A stretch of 64,000 nt of DNA, taken from contig CAWBCR010000011.1 of NCBI GenBank assembly GCA_963787375.1, positions 42,847 to 106,846 on the forward strand, written 5' to 3'. The notes under the pieces were generated by a model. The model made no database searches and was not told the DNA's origin. It saw nothing but the letters and a program-made list of their open reading frames with translations. This DNA is from an uncultured Chloroflexia bacterium. GTDB lineage: Bacteria; Chloroflexota; Anaerolineae; Aggregatilineales; UBA3940. The position numbers and the translations under genes are program-made. Below, piece after piece: positions 1 to 10,715 of this stretch (position 1 is its first letter; each line of letters begins with the position of its first letter).

Positions 1-1627
1 ACGGCTGCCGGGCAACTGTACGACGTGGCCCTGTGCGAGCGCATACGGGCCGGCGTGCTGCTGCGCGAGGGAAACGGCGCGGCGGCGCTGCACGCCTACC
101 AACACAGCGCCGAAGCCCTGGCCGGGCTTGGCCGCACAGAAGCCGCCTGGGAAGCGCAGATCGGCGCTGCCGCCGCGCACCTCGCGCTGAGCCAGCCGGA
201 TCAGGCCGCCGCCGCACTGACGCAGCTCAACACTGCCGAACTGCCGCCTATCCTGAGCTGGCGCTATCACGCCTTGGCCGCGCAGATCGAGGCCCAACAG
301 GATCACCCGACACAGGCGATTGAGTTGTACCTCGAATCGCTGAACCGCATCCGCGCCGCACGGCGCAGCCTGGGCAACGAAGAAGAGATCGGCCACTTCG
401 TGCTGGCCCTCCAGCCAGTGTTCGAAGACGCCTTTGAGTTGGCCGCAGCGCACGACGAGCCCCGCAGCGCGCTGCGCATCGCCGAGCTGTACGGCGCGCA
501 GCTACTCAACACGCGCCTGGGTCGCCCTCACGCTGAAGATAATGCCGCCCTCCCGGACTTGCCCGAACGGTTGGCAGCAGCGCTCTCGGCGCAGCTTGGC
601 GACAACTGGACGGTGCTGCGCACCATGTGGCACCGGGACAACCTGTGGCTGTTTGTGTTGACGCCTTCCGGCTTGTCCAGCCATTTCATCCCGCTTGAGG
701 GGCCGGTGCTGCGAGCGCTCATGACCTGCGCCTCGCCGGATGATTCGTGGAGGCGGCTGATCTACCTGGGAGATCTCGCCGACCGGTGACGATTCGACCG
801 CCCGCAGCGCCGACCACCGTCGCCGCCTGTATGAGGCGCTCATCCCGGCGGAGGTTCGCCGCCGGCTTGCGCCCGACCACACGCTGATCGTCGTGCCGTC
901 TTATCAACTTCACGGGCTGGCCTTCCAGGCGCTGCTCGACGGCGACACTCACCTGATCGAGCAGACACAAATCGACTATGCGCCGTCGCTGGGGGTGCTG
1001 CTGGGGATGCTGGAGCGCGGCCAGCCGAATGGGGCGCAGCACGACGGGCTGATCGTCGCCCAGTCGACTTTCACCCAGCCCGGCTACGACGACCTGCCAC
1101 ACGTCGAGGCCGAAGCGCAGGCCATCCGACAGCAGAGTGCCCGCAGCCGGCGGCTTGAGTCCAGTGAGATCACGCGCGACCGACTGAACGGCATGGGGCG
1201 GTCGGGGGAGATGGCCCGCTACAGGTGGCTGCACTTCGCCACTCATACCCGTTATGACGCCGAGACCGGCGCCTTTACCGGGCTGCTGCTGGGCTCCGGG
1301 GCGATTAACGTCGAGGATATCAAACGCTGGCGGCTGGGCGCCCGGCTGGTGACGCTGTCCGCCTGCCAGGGTGGCATGGGGCGCTGGTTCTACGGCGACG
1401 AGATCGTCGGGCTGGCACAGGCATTCATCGGGGCCGGTGCACAGTCGGTGATCGCCAGCCTGTGGCTGACGGCAGATCGCCACACGGCCGACCTCATGCC
1501 CATACTGTATGCCCGTCTTGACGACGAAGGGCCGGTCGCTACGCTGGCATGCATGCAGCGCAGCGCCATCGCGAGCGGCCTCGAACCCTACTTCTGGGCA
1601 CCGTTCAGCGTCTTTGGCCAGCCCTGA
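1..1627 (+). CDS. TPR-like repeat + CHAT (caspase-like) domain protein, 5'-partial, apparent frameshift near 780
   Basis: Frame open from base 1 with Ala/Leu helical repeats. The second frame continues from ~782 ([22 protein letters not shown]...[17 protein letters not shown]) and has CHAT motifs LHFATH, VTLSAC, SLW and YFWAPF. Confidence 0.85.
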
Positions 1628-1635
1628 CACAAGGC

Positions 1636-1663
1636 AAAAGAGAGAGCGACCTTTCGGTCGCTC
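1636..1663 (-). terminator. Intrinsic terminator
   Basis: Minus strand reads GAGCGACC-GAAA-GGTCGCTC followed by TCTCTTTT. Confidence 0.7.
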
Positions 1664-1679
1664 CTCGCTCGGGTTGCGG

Positions 1680-1739
1680 CTAGACGGGCCCGGGGCCGCC
1701 ACCGCCGCCGGTCGGTCCACCGGAGACACGGGTATTCAT
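1680..1739 (-). CDS. Putative 19-aa Gly/Pro-rich peptide [19 protein letters not shown]
   Basis: AAGGAG lies 6 nt before the ATG, TAG stop, terminator immediately downstream. Too short for the ORF track. Confidence 0.5.
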   Translation of the reverse strand: MNTRVSGGPTGGGGGPGPV

Positions 1740-1832
1740 GGCACGCTCCTTCTGAGCTGTATGCCCCGCCTGGGCGGGGGTGAACGTTCACATACAGTCT
1801 CAGCCAGGAGCAGGTGCGCCCCTATAGTGGAT

Positions 1833-1884
1833 CGGACACGCTTCGGACAGAAAACGGACAGGCCGCCGGTGAGTGGCCTGTCCG
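1833..1884. promoter_or_regulatory. Three CGGACA direct repeats at 11-bp period plus one inverted copy
   Basis: CGGACA at 1833, 1844 and 1855; TGTCCG at 1879 (CGGACAGGCC...GGCCTGTCCG inverted repeat). Confidence 0.55.
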
Positions 1885-1991
1885 CAGCTATATCGCGGGG
1901 CAGCCCTCGCAATCTCGGCCTGCCGTGTTACAATTCCGGCGTTATGCTGGCATATACGCTGATCCGAATCACGGTCTGGAGGATCCTGGCA

Positions 1992-4900
1992 GTGAGCCAA
2001 CCGCTATCGTTACAGGACGTTATCATTCGCCTGCAAGAATTCTGGGCCGCGCAGGGCTGCGTCATCTGGCAGCCGTACTACGTGCAAGTCGGCGCGGGGA
2101 CGTATAACCCTGCCACCTTCCTGCGCGTGCTGGGCCCTGAGCCGTGGAATGTGGCCTATGTCGAGCCATCCATTCGCCCCGACGATGGCCGCTTTGGCGA
2201 TAACCCCAACCGCATGTCGTACTTCTATCAGTACCAGGTGATCCTCAAGCCGGACCCCGGCAACCCACAGGAGATCTACCTTCAGAGCCTCGAAGCGCTG
2301 GGCATCGACCGCCGCCAGCACGACATTCGCTTCGTAGAAGACAACTGGGAGTCGCCGGTGCTGGGCGCGTGGGGGCTGGGCTGGGAGGTGTGGCTCGACG
2401 GGCAGGAGATCACGCAGTTCACCTACTTCCAGCAGGCTGGCGGGCAGGACCTGCCGTTGCCGTCTGTCGAGATCACCTACGGCATTGAGCGCATCGTGCT
2501 GGCGCTGCAAGGCGTCAACGCCGTGTGGGATATCGACTGGGTGGGCGGGCTGACCTACGGGGACGTACTGCTCCAGCAGGAGATCGAGCACTGCACCTAC
2601 TACTTCAACGTGGCCGACGTCGACGCGCTGCGGGCGGTGTTCATCACCTACGAGCAGGAAGCGAAACGCGCGCTGGACTATGAGCCGCCGCTGGTCATGC
2701 CGGCGCACGACTACGTGCTGAAGTGCTCGCACCTGTTCAACATCCTCGACACACGCGGTGCGATCGGTGTGGTAGAGCGCGCCGACTACTTCAAGCGAAT
2801 GCAGCGGCTGGCCGCCCGGGTCGCCGACGCATACGCCCGGCAGCGCGCCGCGATGGGCTACCCGATGCTGCCCGCCGGCTGGCAGGTCCACGCCGAAACC
2901 GGCGTGCTGGCCGTCCCGGCGGTCGCGCCGCCGGAGCCGCCGCGCGGCAAGTACCCTGTAAAGCCCGCGCTGTTCCTGCTGGAGATCGGCGTGGAAGAGC
3001 TGCCCGTCGCCGACCTCGACTCGGCGCTGGCGCAGCTTGAGCAGGCCGTCCCGGCGGCGCTCGATGATCTGCGGCTGGAATACGATTCAGTGACCGTCAA
3101 TGGCACGCCGCGCCGCCTCGTCATCAGGGTGGAAGGGCTGTCGCCCAGCCAGCGCGCCGAGGAGAGCGTGCGGCGCGGGCCGCCGGTGCGGGCTGCATTC
3201 GACGTCGGCGGCAAGCCGACCAAAGCGGCGGAGGGCTTCGCCCGCAGCCAGGGCGTCGACGTGGCCGACCTGGAGCGGCGCGAGATCGACGGCGGTGAGT
3301 ACGTGGTCGCGGTGGTGCGGGACGCGGGCCTGCCGGCTGCCGAGGTGCTGGCTGGGCTGCTGCCGGACCTGATCGCCGGCATCCACTTCGACAAGTCAAT
3401 GCGTTGGAACGAGACAGGCGTGGCCTTCTCGCGCCCGATCCGCTGGCTGGTCGCGCTGCTGGGCAGCGAAGTTGTGCCGTTCGTCTACGCCGGCGTCCAC
3501 TCGGGCCGTACGACGCGCGGCACGCGCCTGCTCGGCTCGCCGGATATTGAGATCGAGGATGCTGCTGCTTACGCCGATTTGCTGCGCGGGGAAGGCATCC
3601 TCATCGACCGTGCGGAGCGGCGAGCAGCGATCAAGAAGCAGGTCGACGCGCTGGCGAAGCAGGCAGGTGGCAGCGTCACAGACGATCCCGGCCTGCTGGA
3701 CGAGGTGACCAACCTCGTTGAGCAGCCGACCGCGCTGCTGGGCTCGTTCGCCGAAGAGGACCTTGAGCTGCCGGACGTGGTGCTGATCAGCGTGATGAAG
3801 AAGCACCAACGCTATTTTGCGGTGGTCAACAAGAAGGGCAGTCTGCTGCCGCACTTCATCGCCGTGCGCAACGGCGACGACCAGCACCTCGACAGCGTCA
3901 TCACCGGCAACGAGCACGTCATCCGCGCCCGCTTTGCCGATGCGCGCTTCTTCTATAACGAGGACATCCAGAAGCCGCTGGAAGCCTACCTGCCCGGCCT
4001 GCAACTGCTGACCTTCCAGGAGGACATAGGTTCCTACTACGACAAAGCGGCGCGGCTCGAAGGGTTGACCGCGCGGCTGGGCGGGCTGCTGGGCATCGAG
4101 GACGAGAGCGGTGACATGGATCTGGCGATCCGCGCCGCGCGGCTGGCCAAAGCCGATCTCGTCACCAGCCTGGTTGTCGAGATGACGTCCTTGCAGGGCA
4201 CGATGGGCCGCATCTACGCGCTGCGCTCCGGCGAGCAGCAGATCGTCGCCGACGCCATCGGCGAGCATTACCAGCCGCGCACTGCCGGCGATTCGCTGCC
4301 GCAGACGCCGGCGGGGATCGCCGTCGCGCTGGCCGACCGCTTCGACAGCCTGGTAGGGCTGTTCTCGGTCGGCTTGCAGCCCACTGGCTCCGCCGACCCC
4401 TATGGGCTGCGCCGCGCCGCGCTGGGCGTCGTGCAGATTCTCGTCGGCCACGGCATCGACCTCGACCTGCGCGAGGTGATCGAGTGGGCGGCGTGGGGCT
4501 ACACCCGCGCGCTGGGCGAGAACTTCATCTCCGACGAAGTCAAAGGCCGCCGTGCTCGACTTCGTCGTCGGGCGTCTGCGCGGCCTGCTGCTCGACACAT
4601 TCCGCTACGACGTGGTCGAGGCAGTGCTGGCCGAGCAGGGCCACAATCCCACCCGCGCCCGCGTCTACGCCGAGCAGCTTTCCGCGTGGGTCGCCCGCCC
4701 CGACTGGCCGCCCCTGCTCGACGCCTACGCGCGCTGCGTGCGCATCACCCGCGGCCAGGATCAGCAGTACAAGCTGGCCCCCAAGCTTTTCGCCGAGCCC
4801 GCCGAGCAGGACCTGTACGACGCCTACCAGCAGGCCGCCAACTCGCTGGGCGACACGCCTGACGTCGATACCTTCCTTACGACGTTCGAGCCGCTCGTCC

Positions 4901-5055
4901 CGGCCATCTCCACCTTCTTCGCCCCTGCCGAGGAGGGCGGCGTGCTCGTAATGCACAAAGACGCAAAAATCCGTGCGAACCGCCTCGCCCTGCTCCAGCA
5001 CCTTGTCGCGCTGGCGGGCGGCGTCGCCGACTTCTCGCGGTTGGAAGGGTTCTAG
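1992..5055 (+). CDS. glyQS: Glycine--tRNA ligase, fused alpha/beta; apparent frameshift near 4545
   Basis: Alpha motifs [29 protein letters not shown]; beta motifs [30 protein letters not shown] start after GGAGG. C-terminus lies in frame 4552..5055. Confidence 0.95.
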
Positions 5056-5068
5056 CGCGACAGGAGGA

Positions 5069-5250
5069 TGCGAGGACTTGCCCCCCGCGCCCCCACAGGG
5101 GACACAGTCCCCTTGACCCCGTTCCATCGATACGCTCTACTAATGACAGGCTCCAACGAGAGAACGCCGACCGGCGGTCGGCGTTCTCTCGTTCATTGGG
5201 GGTGCAGGGGCCGCTGGCCCCTGCCAGGGCTTCAGGGGCAGAGCCCCTGA
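5069..5250. repeat. Palindrome-rich intergenic element (REP-like hairpins around an 18-bp perfect inverted repeat)
   Basis: AACGAGAGAACGCCGACC-GGC-GGTCGGCGTTCTCTCGTT (5155-5193). Hairpins GCAGGGGCC..GGCCCCTGC and TCAGGGGC..GCCCCTGA on the right, related hairpins on the left in opposite orientation. Confidence 0.6.
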
Positions 5251-5254
5251 GCCG

Positions 5255-6925
5255 TTAATCCTTCTTCATCATCGGGATCTTCAGATCGTTCTCTGTGGCA
5301 AACTCAATCGCCTCCTCGTAGCCCGCGTCGGCATGGCGAATGACGCCCATCCACGGGTCGGCGGTGAGGACGCGCGCCAGGCGGGCGGCGGCTTCCGGCG
5401 TGCCATCGGCGACGATGACCTGCCCGGCGTGTTGGCTGTAGCCGATGCCGACGCCGCCGCCGTGATGGAACGATACCCACGTCGCGCCGCCGACGGCGTT
5501 CAGCGCGAAGTTGAGCAGCGGCCAGTCAGAGATGGCGTCGGAGCCATCCTTCATGCCTTCTGTCTCGCGGTTAGGCGAGGCGACCGAGCCCGCGTCGAGG
5601 TGGTCGCGGCCAATGACAATCGGCGCGCTAACCTCGCCGCTGGCGACCATATCGTTGAAGGCCAGCCCGGCCTTGATGCGCTCGCCGTAGCCCAGCCAGC
5701 AGATGCGCGACGGCAGCCCCTGGAAGTGCACCTGGTCCTGCGCCATCTTGATCCAGCGCGTCAGGTGCTCCTGCTCTGGGAACAGCTCCATGATCTTGGC
5801 GTCTGTAGCGTAGATATCCTCCGGGTCGCCGGAGAGCGCCACCCAGCGGAACGGCCCCTTGCCCTCGCAGAACAGCGGGCGGATGTAGGCCGGCACAAAG
5901 CCCTGATAGGTGAAGGCATCCTTCACGCCGGCGTCGAAGGCGCGCTGGCGCAGGTTGTTGCCGTAGTCAAACACAACCGCGCCCCGGTTGTGCATCTCGA
6001 CCATCGCGGCGCAGTGGGCGGCCATGGTGCGCATCGACTCACGCTGGTAGGCCTGCGGGTCACGCGCGCGCAGGGCAACGGCCTCGTCAAGCGTCATGTG
6101 GTTGGGCACATACATCAGCGGGTCGTGCGCGTTGGTCTGGTCGGTAACCATGTCGGGCAGCACGTTGCGCTCCAGCAGTTCGGCGAACACGTCGGCGGCG
6201 TTGCCGATCAGGCCAATCGAGACGCCCTCGCCGCGCGCCTTGTATTCGTCGACCATCTTCAGCGCGGTGTCCAGGTCCTCGACCACCACGTCGACGTAGC
6301 CGGTGTCGAGGCGGCGCTGGGCGCGGTGCGGGTCGACCTCCACGATCAGCCCTACACCCTCGTTCATCTTGATCGCCAGCGGCTGCGCGCCGCCCATCTC
6401 GCCCAGGCCCGCCGTCAGCACGAACTTACCTTTGAGCGATTTGTCGGGCCCGTAGTGCTTGCGGGCGGCAGCGGCGAGCGTCTCATAGGTGCCCTGCAAA
6501 ATGCCCTGCGTGCCGATGTATATCCAGGAGCCGGCGGTCATCTGACCGTACATGATCAGCCCTTCGCGCTCCCATTTGTCGAAGTTCTCCTGTGTGGCCC
6601 AGGCCGGGACGATGTTGGAGTTGGCGATGATGACGCGCGGCGCGTCCCGGTGCGTGCGCAGCACGCCCACCGGCTTGCCCGACTGTACCAGCAGCGTCTC
6701 GTCATCTTCGAGGTTGCGTAGCGACTCGAGGATCGCGTCGAACGCTTCCCAGTTCCGGGCCGCCTTGCCGCGCCCGCCGTAGACGATCAGGTTGTCGGGG
6801 TCCCCGGCCACATCCGGGTCGAGGTTGTTCTGGATCATGCGGTAGGCAGCTTCCTGAAGCCAGCCCTTGCATGTCAGGTCGGTGCCGCGCGGCGCGTGGA
6901 TGACGCGCTTTCCCTTGTCGGTCAT
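5255..6925 (-). CDS. hutU: Urocanate hydratase
   Basis: [50 protein letters not shown]. Confidence 0.97.
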   Translation of the reverse strand: MTDKGKRVIHAPRGTDLTCKGWLQEAAYRMIQNNLDPDVAGDPDNLIVYGGRGKAARNWEAFDAILESLRNLEDDETLLVQSGKPVGVLRTHRDAPRVIIANSNIVPAWATQENFDKWEREGLIMYGQMTAGSWIYIGTQGILQGTYETLAAAARKHYGPDKSLKGKFVLTAGLGEMGGAQPLAIKMNEGVGLIVEVDPHRAQRRLDTGYVDVVVEDLDTALKMVDEYKARGEGVSIGLIGNAADVFAELLERNVLPDMVTDQTNAHDPLMYVPNHMTLDEAVALRARDPQAYQRESMRTMAAHCAAMVEMHNRGAVVFDYGNNLRQRAFDAGVKDAFTYQGFVPAYIRPLFCEGKGPFRWVALSGDPEDIYATDAKIMELFPEQEHLTRWIKMAQDQVHFQGLPSRICWLGYGERIKAGLAFNDMVASGEVSAPIVIGRDHLDAGSVASPNRETEGMKDGSDAISDWPLLNFALNAVGGATWVSFHHGGGVGIGYSQHAGQVIVADGTPEAAARLARVLTADPWMGVIRHADAGYEEAIEFATENDLKIPMMKKD

Positions 6926-6938
6926 GGTTTATCCTCTC

Positions 6939-7769
6939 TCACTGATATGCCTGCCGCCCCGCTGCCGGGTACACTTGGCGTGCGCGGCAGCTCAGGCAGG
7001 TTGGCCTTTCGCACAGCATGAAGTTGGGGTCCTGATGGATGCGCTGCTCGGCATAGACCAGCAGCGGTTTGAGCGGGATGAGCTCGCACCGCGCGAGCCC
7101 GATCTGCGTCACGGTGGTGAGGTCGGTCAGGTCGTTCCAGATGGCGTTGAAGCCCTGCATACAGCCGGGGATATTGGGCAATTCTTCGATATCGTTGAGG
7201 GTCAGCGCCCAGCGGATGAACGCCTTTCGCCCGGCACGCTGTTCGGCCAGGTGCAGCGCGTAGTTCTCACGCTGATCGACACCGATCAGCAGCACTGCGC
7301 CGTCACGTGCCTCCAGCCACGCAATTGGCGAGAGCGGGTTCTGGCGGGTCTGACTGGCCAGTACCTCACGCGCGTGCGGCCCCTGTGCCACAAATGATAG
7401 GATTGGGTGAATGCTGCGCAGCGTGTGCGGGCTGGCGCGCAGCGCCTCGGCGACCGCGCCGCAGTCGGGATGCACCGGCAGGTCGGGCCGGAAGATCTCG
7501 GCGCGGGCGTTGGCCTCATCGCCTGAACCATAGACAATGGCGTTGCGCGGCGGCCCGTCCTGTGGGATGACCTGCGTCTGGTAGGTAAAGGCCGGCATGA
7601 CGACTGTCCCAGCGGCGGACAGGATCGCCCCGGCGACGGCTGGCGGTCCGCCCGCGACCTCTCCCAGCGCGGTCATGTTGACGTGCGCGATGAGGTCCAG
7701 GTGCTCACCAATTCCCAGATCGTGGATCAGCTTCTCGCGGATGATAATATCGGTCAGCTTGTCGGCCAT
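6939..7769 (-). CDS. AAC(3)/YokD-family N-acetyltransferase-like protein
   Basis: GTVVMPAFT, RSIHPILSF, LLIGV..NYALHLAE; C-terminal CxxxxCxxC. Confidence 0.75.
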   Translation of the reverse strand: MADKLTDIIIREKLIHDLGIGEHLDLIAHVNMTALGEVAGGPPAVAGAILSAAGTVVMPAFTYQTQVIPQDGPPRNAIVYGSGDEANARAEIFRPDLPVHPDCGAVAEALRASPHTLRSIHPILSFVAQGPHAREVLASQTRQNPLSPIAWLEARDGAVLLIGVDQRENYALHLAEQRAGRKAFIRWALTLNDIEELPNIPGCMQGFNAIWNDLTDLTTVTQIGLARCELIPLKPLLVYAEQRIHQDPNFMLCERPTCLSCRARQVYPAAGRQAYQ

Positions 7770-7780
7770 AGGCTGCGCTG

Positions 7781-8554
7781 CTACTTCCCTTTCCATTCGG
7801 CAGGCCGCTTGTTGACGAAGGCGTCCATGCCCTCTTTCTGGTCCTCGCTGCTGAACAGGAAGTAGAAGTTGCGCCGTTCGTAAGCCAGCCCTTCTTTGAG
7901 CGTCATTTCGTATGCCTTATTGACCAACTCTTTGGCAAGCCGGATCGCCAGCGGCGCGCGTGCGGCGATCTCGTTGGCCAGGTTCAGCGCCTCGTCGAGA
8001 TAGCTCTCGACCGGGTAGACGCGGTTCGCCAGCCCGAACTGGTAGGCTTCCGGGGCGGCCAGGCGGCGGTCGTTGAGGATTATCTCCATCGCCAGCGCCT
8101 TGCCCACCGCGCGGATCAGGCGCTGCGTGCCGCCTGCGCCGGGGATCACGCCCAGGTTGATCTCTGGCTGCCCGAACACCGCCAACTCGCTGGCGACGAT
8201 CATATCGCACATCATGGCCAGCTCGCAGCCGCCGCCTAGCGCGATACCCGACACTGCCGCAATGACCGGCTTCTTCATCCCGGCGATGCGTTCCCATTCG
8301 CCGATGCGATCGCTGGTCAGCATCATGACCGACGTTGCGCCGGACATCTCTTTGATGTCAGCCCCGGCAGCAAAGACGCGGTCGCTGCCGGTGATGACCA
8401 TTGCGCCGACAGCCGGGTCGGCGTCGAACGCCGCCAGCGCGTCGGCCAGTTCACGCATAAGCGCGCTGCTGAGGGCGTTCAGCGCACGGGGCCGGTTCAG
8501 CCGGATGAGGCCCACCCGGTCGTGGATTTCCGTCAGGATAAACTCGTAGGCCAT
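7781..8554 (-). CDS. Enoyl-CoA hydratase (PaaF/EchA8-like)
   Basis: LNRPRALNAL, FAAGADIKEM, ALGGGCELAMMCD, PGAGGTQRL. Confidence 0.92.
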   Translation of the reverse strand: MAYEFILTEIHDRVGLIRLNRPRALNALSSALMRELADALAAFDADPAVGAMVITGSDRVFAAGADIKEMSGATSVMMLTSDRIGEWERIAGMKKPVIAAVSGIALGGGCELAMMCDMIVASELAVFGQPEINLGVIPGAGGTQRLIRAVGKALAMEIILNDRRLAAPEAYQFGLANRVYPVESYLDEALNLANEIAARAPLAIRLAKELVNKAYEMTLKEGLAYERRNFYFLFSSEDQKEGMDAFVNKRPAEWKGK

Positions 8555-8694
8555 CTCCGTTCCTTTCTGGGAGTGCGAGCCGCTATGCCAATCATAACAC
8601 CCTGCGCCGCTTAACTCAACGGCACGCAGTCAAAGCGCGCTACAATTAGTGGGTCCCATTTGCCGAATAGTCTGTCTGCCTGCGAGAGTAAACG

Positions 8695-9192
8695 ATGGCT
8701 GTCTTCAATCAATACTCATTTGTCTTTCTATCGATCTTCGCCGGGCTGATTCTGGCCGTCGGGCTGTGGCGCTGGCGCAAGCCGCCCGTTGCACTGCGCG
8801 CCGGGCTGATGGTGTTGTACATCGTTGGGATGGTGGGGCTGCATTTCGTCTCCCGCTACGCCGACACCTTTGATGGCAGCCTCGCCTCGGCGGACGCTAT
8901 CCTGACCGACGGCAAGCCCACGCTGCTGATGCTGTATTCCAATTATTGAGCGGCCTGCAAAGCCGAGCTGCCTGCCGTGCGCGGGCTTCAGCCTAAACTC
9001 AACCGTGACGGGATCGACCTGCTGCTGGTCAGCATCCACGAGCCAACCGGCCAGGTGCTCACCGAGCGCTACAATTTCCAGCTTTCGCCGACCTTCATCA
9101 TCTTTGACGGGGCCGGGCATGAGCTATGGCGCGGCAGCCGCGCGCCGTCGCTCGAACAGGCGCGGCAAATCACCGGATCGACCGGCGGATAA
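8695..9192 (+). CDS. Membrane-anchored thioredoxin-fold selenoprotein (UxxC), 165 aa; Sec at TGA 8947-8949
   Basis: ORFs 8695..8949 and 8977..9192 are in the same frame. Readthrough gives LLMLYSNY-U-AAC-KAELPAV, with a later SPTFIIFD cis-Pro loop and two N-terminal TM helices. Confidence 0.8.
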
Positions 9193-10539
9193 TCAGCCGG
9201 CAGCCGGCTCGACCTGCTCGCCTGCGGCGTGGTGCGCCTCGCCGCGCGTCACCATGCTCATGCACAGCACCGCCACGACGAAGAACAGCGGGCCGGTCAG
9301 GAAGATGGTGCGATAATTGCTGCCGAACAGGTCGATGACATTGCCGGCAATGAATGGAGCCAGCGCTGAACCGGTCTGCGAGGCCAGGTAGTAGAGGCCG
9401 GTGTAGGTGCCCAGCAGCCGCGCATCGGTCGTCGTGTCGACCACCATGGGCAGCGAGTTGATGTTCACCAGCGCCCAACCGGTGCCGCCAACCGCCAGGA
9501 TCACGCCGATGATCGTCGCGCTGTTGGCGAAAAAGCCCACCACCAACATCACGGCGAACACCACCAGGCCCAGCATGATCGTCTTGCGGCGGCCAAACCG
9601 CTCGCCGATGTAGCCCGCCGGGATGGCGAAGATGATGAAGGCCAGCCCGGCAATGCCGAACAGGGTCGGCGCGAAGCCCTCGCTGACGTGCAGCACGTTG
9701 ACGGCGTATGACGTGAAGAACGTCCCCACCCCATCGTAGGCGATGAACCATGCGAAGATAGCCAGCAGCAGGAAGATCAGGCTGCGCCGCGATTCCCTGG
9801 GGATCACAGTGACGCCTTTCAATGCGCCGACAGCCTGCTCTTCTTCGCTCTCCTCGTGCGTGGCCGGATGCTCCAGGCTGTCGGGGTCGGGCTCCCTGAC
9901 CAGGAAAAACAGCAGCGCTACCGCCAGGATCAGGATCGCCGCGCCGCCAATGAACGGCAGCAGCGGCGTGATGTTGAACAGCAGCGCCAGTCCGAACGAT
10001 GCCACGATAAAGCCAATGCCGCCCATGAAGTTGATCACGCCGTTGGCCTTGCTGCGCAGCGGTGAGGGAATAAGGTCTGGCATCAGCGAGATCACCGGCG
10101 TGCGCAGCACAGCCATCGCCAGCAGCATCAGCATCGCGCCGCCCAGGAAGAAAGTAAAGGCGGCGGTATTGCCGGCCACACTGCCATTGAAGGCCGGGTT
10201 GATCATCCCGGCAGCAATGGGCAGCAGCACGAAGCCGAGCGCCCCCAGCGGCGCAGCCGCCACGATGAACGGGTAGCGTCGCCCGATGGGCGTGCGGACG
10301 CGGTCGCTCCACACGCCAATCAGCGGCAGGATGAAGATCGCCGCCAGGTTGTCCAAACCCATGATGATGCCCGTCGTGCGGGCGTTGAGCCCGAAGCCCA
10401 GCACGTGCCGGGTGCTTTCGAACCCAGCCCGCCCCGATTGCAGGAAGATCGGCACGAAGGAGTTGTAAAGCTGCCAGATCACGCTGATCCCGAAGAAGCC
10501 CAGGCCAATGAGAAAGGTCTTCTTCCAGTCGAGTTTCAC
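9193..10539 (-). CDS. MFS/GPH-type sugar transporter
   Basis: About 12 TM segments; GVWSDRVRTPIGRRYPF, GERFGRRKT, GTYTGLYY. Confidence 0.88.
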   Translation of the reverse strand: MKLDWKKTFLIGLGFFGISVIWQLYNSFVPIFLQSGRAGFESTRHVLGFGLNARTTGIIMGLDNLAAIFILPLIGVWSDRVRTPIGRRYPFIVAAAPLGALGFVLLPIAAGMINPAFNGSVAGNTAAFTFFLGGAMLMLLAMAVLRTPVISLMPDLIPSPLRSKANGVINFMGGIGFIVASFGLALLFNITPLLPFIGGAAILILAVALLFFLVREPDPDSLEHPATHEESEEEQAVGALKGVTVIPRESRRSLIFLLLAIFAWFIAYDGVGTFFTSYAVNVLHVSEGFAPTLFGIAGLAFIIFAIPAGYIGERFGRRKTIMLGLVVFAVMLVVGFFANSATIIGVILAVGGTGWALVNINSLPMVVDTTTDARLLGTYTGLYYLASQTGSALAPFIAGNVIDLFGSNYRTIFLTGPLFFVVAVLCMSMVTRGEAHHAAGEQVEPAAG

Positions 10540-10671
10540 GACAGGCTCTCCTTGATTCGGTTGGGGGTGCTTTCATAAATGGGAGATCGGCCACAAAGGT
10601 ATGTTAACAGTATATGCGACATTTCGTAGAGGCGCAGCACCGATTTTGAGGCTGACGCCGCCACCTGAATC

Positions 10672-10700
10672 AAAAAGACGCCGGGCAGCACCCGGCGTCC
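10672..10700 (-). terminator. Intrinsic terminator
   Basis: Minus strand reads GACGCCGGG-TGCTG-CCCGGCGTC-TTTTT. Confidence 0.7.
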
Positions 10701-10715
10701 TTCTCTCAGCCGTAT

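Noticed and set aside
1741..1991. T-box leader for glyQS
   Set aside because: No GGTGGNACCGCG-like box or plus-strand terminator, and a -10 (TGTTACAAT) lies close to the start.
1814..2107. 97-aa plus-strand ORF after AGGAG
   Set aside because: SD-to-start spacing is only 3 nt and it overlaps glyQS out of frame.
6939..7769. Aminoglycoside resistance gene
   Set aside because: Only fold-level similarity, in a metabolic context with no mobility signal.
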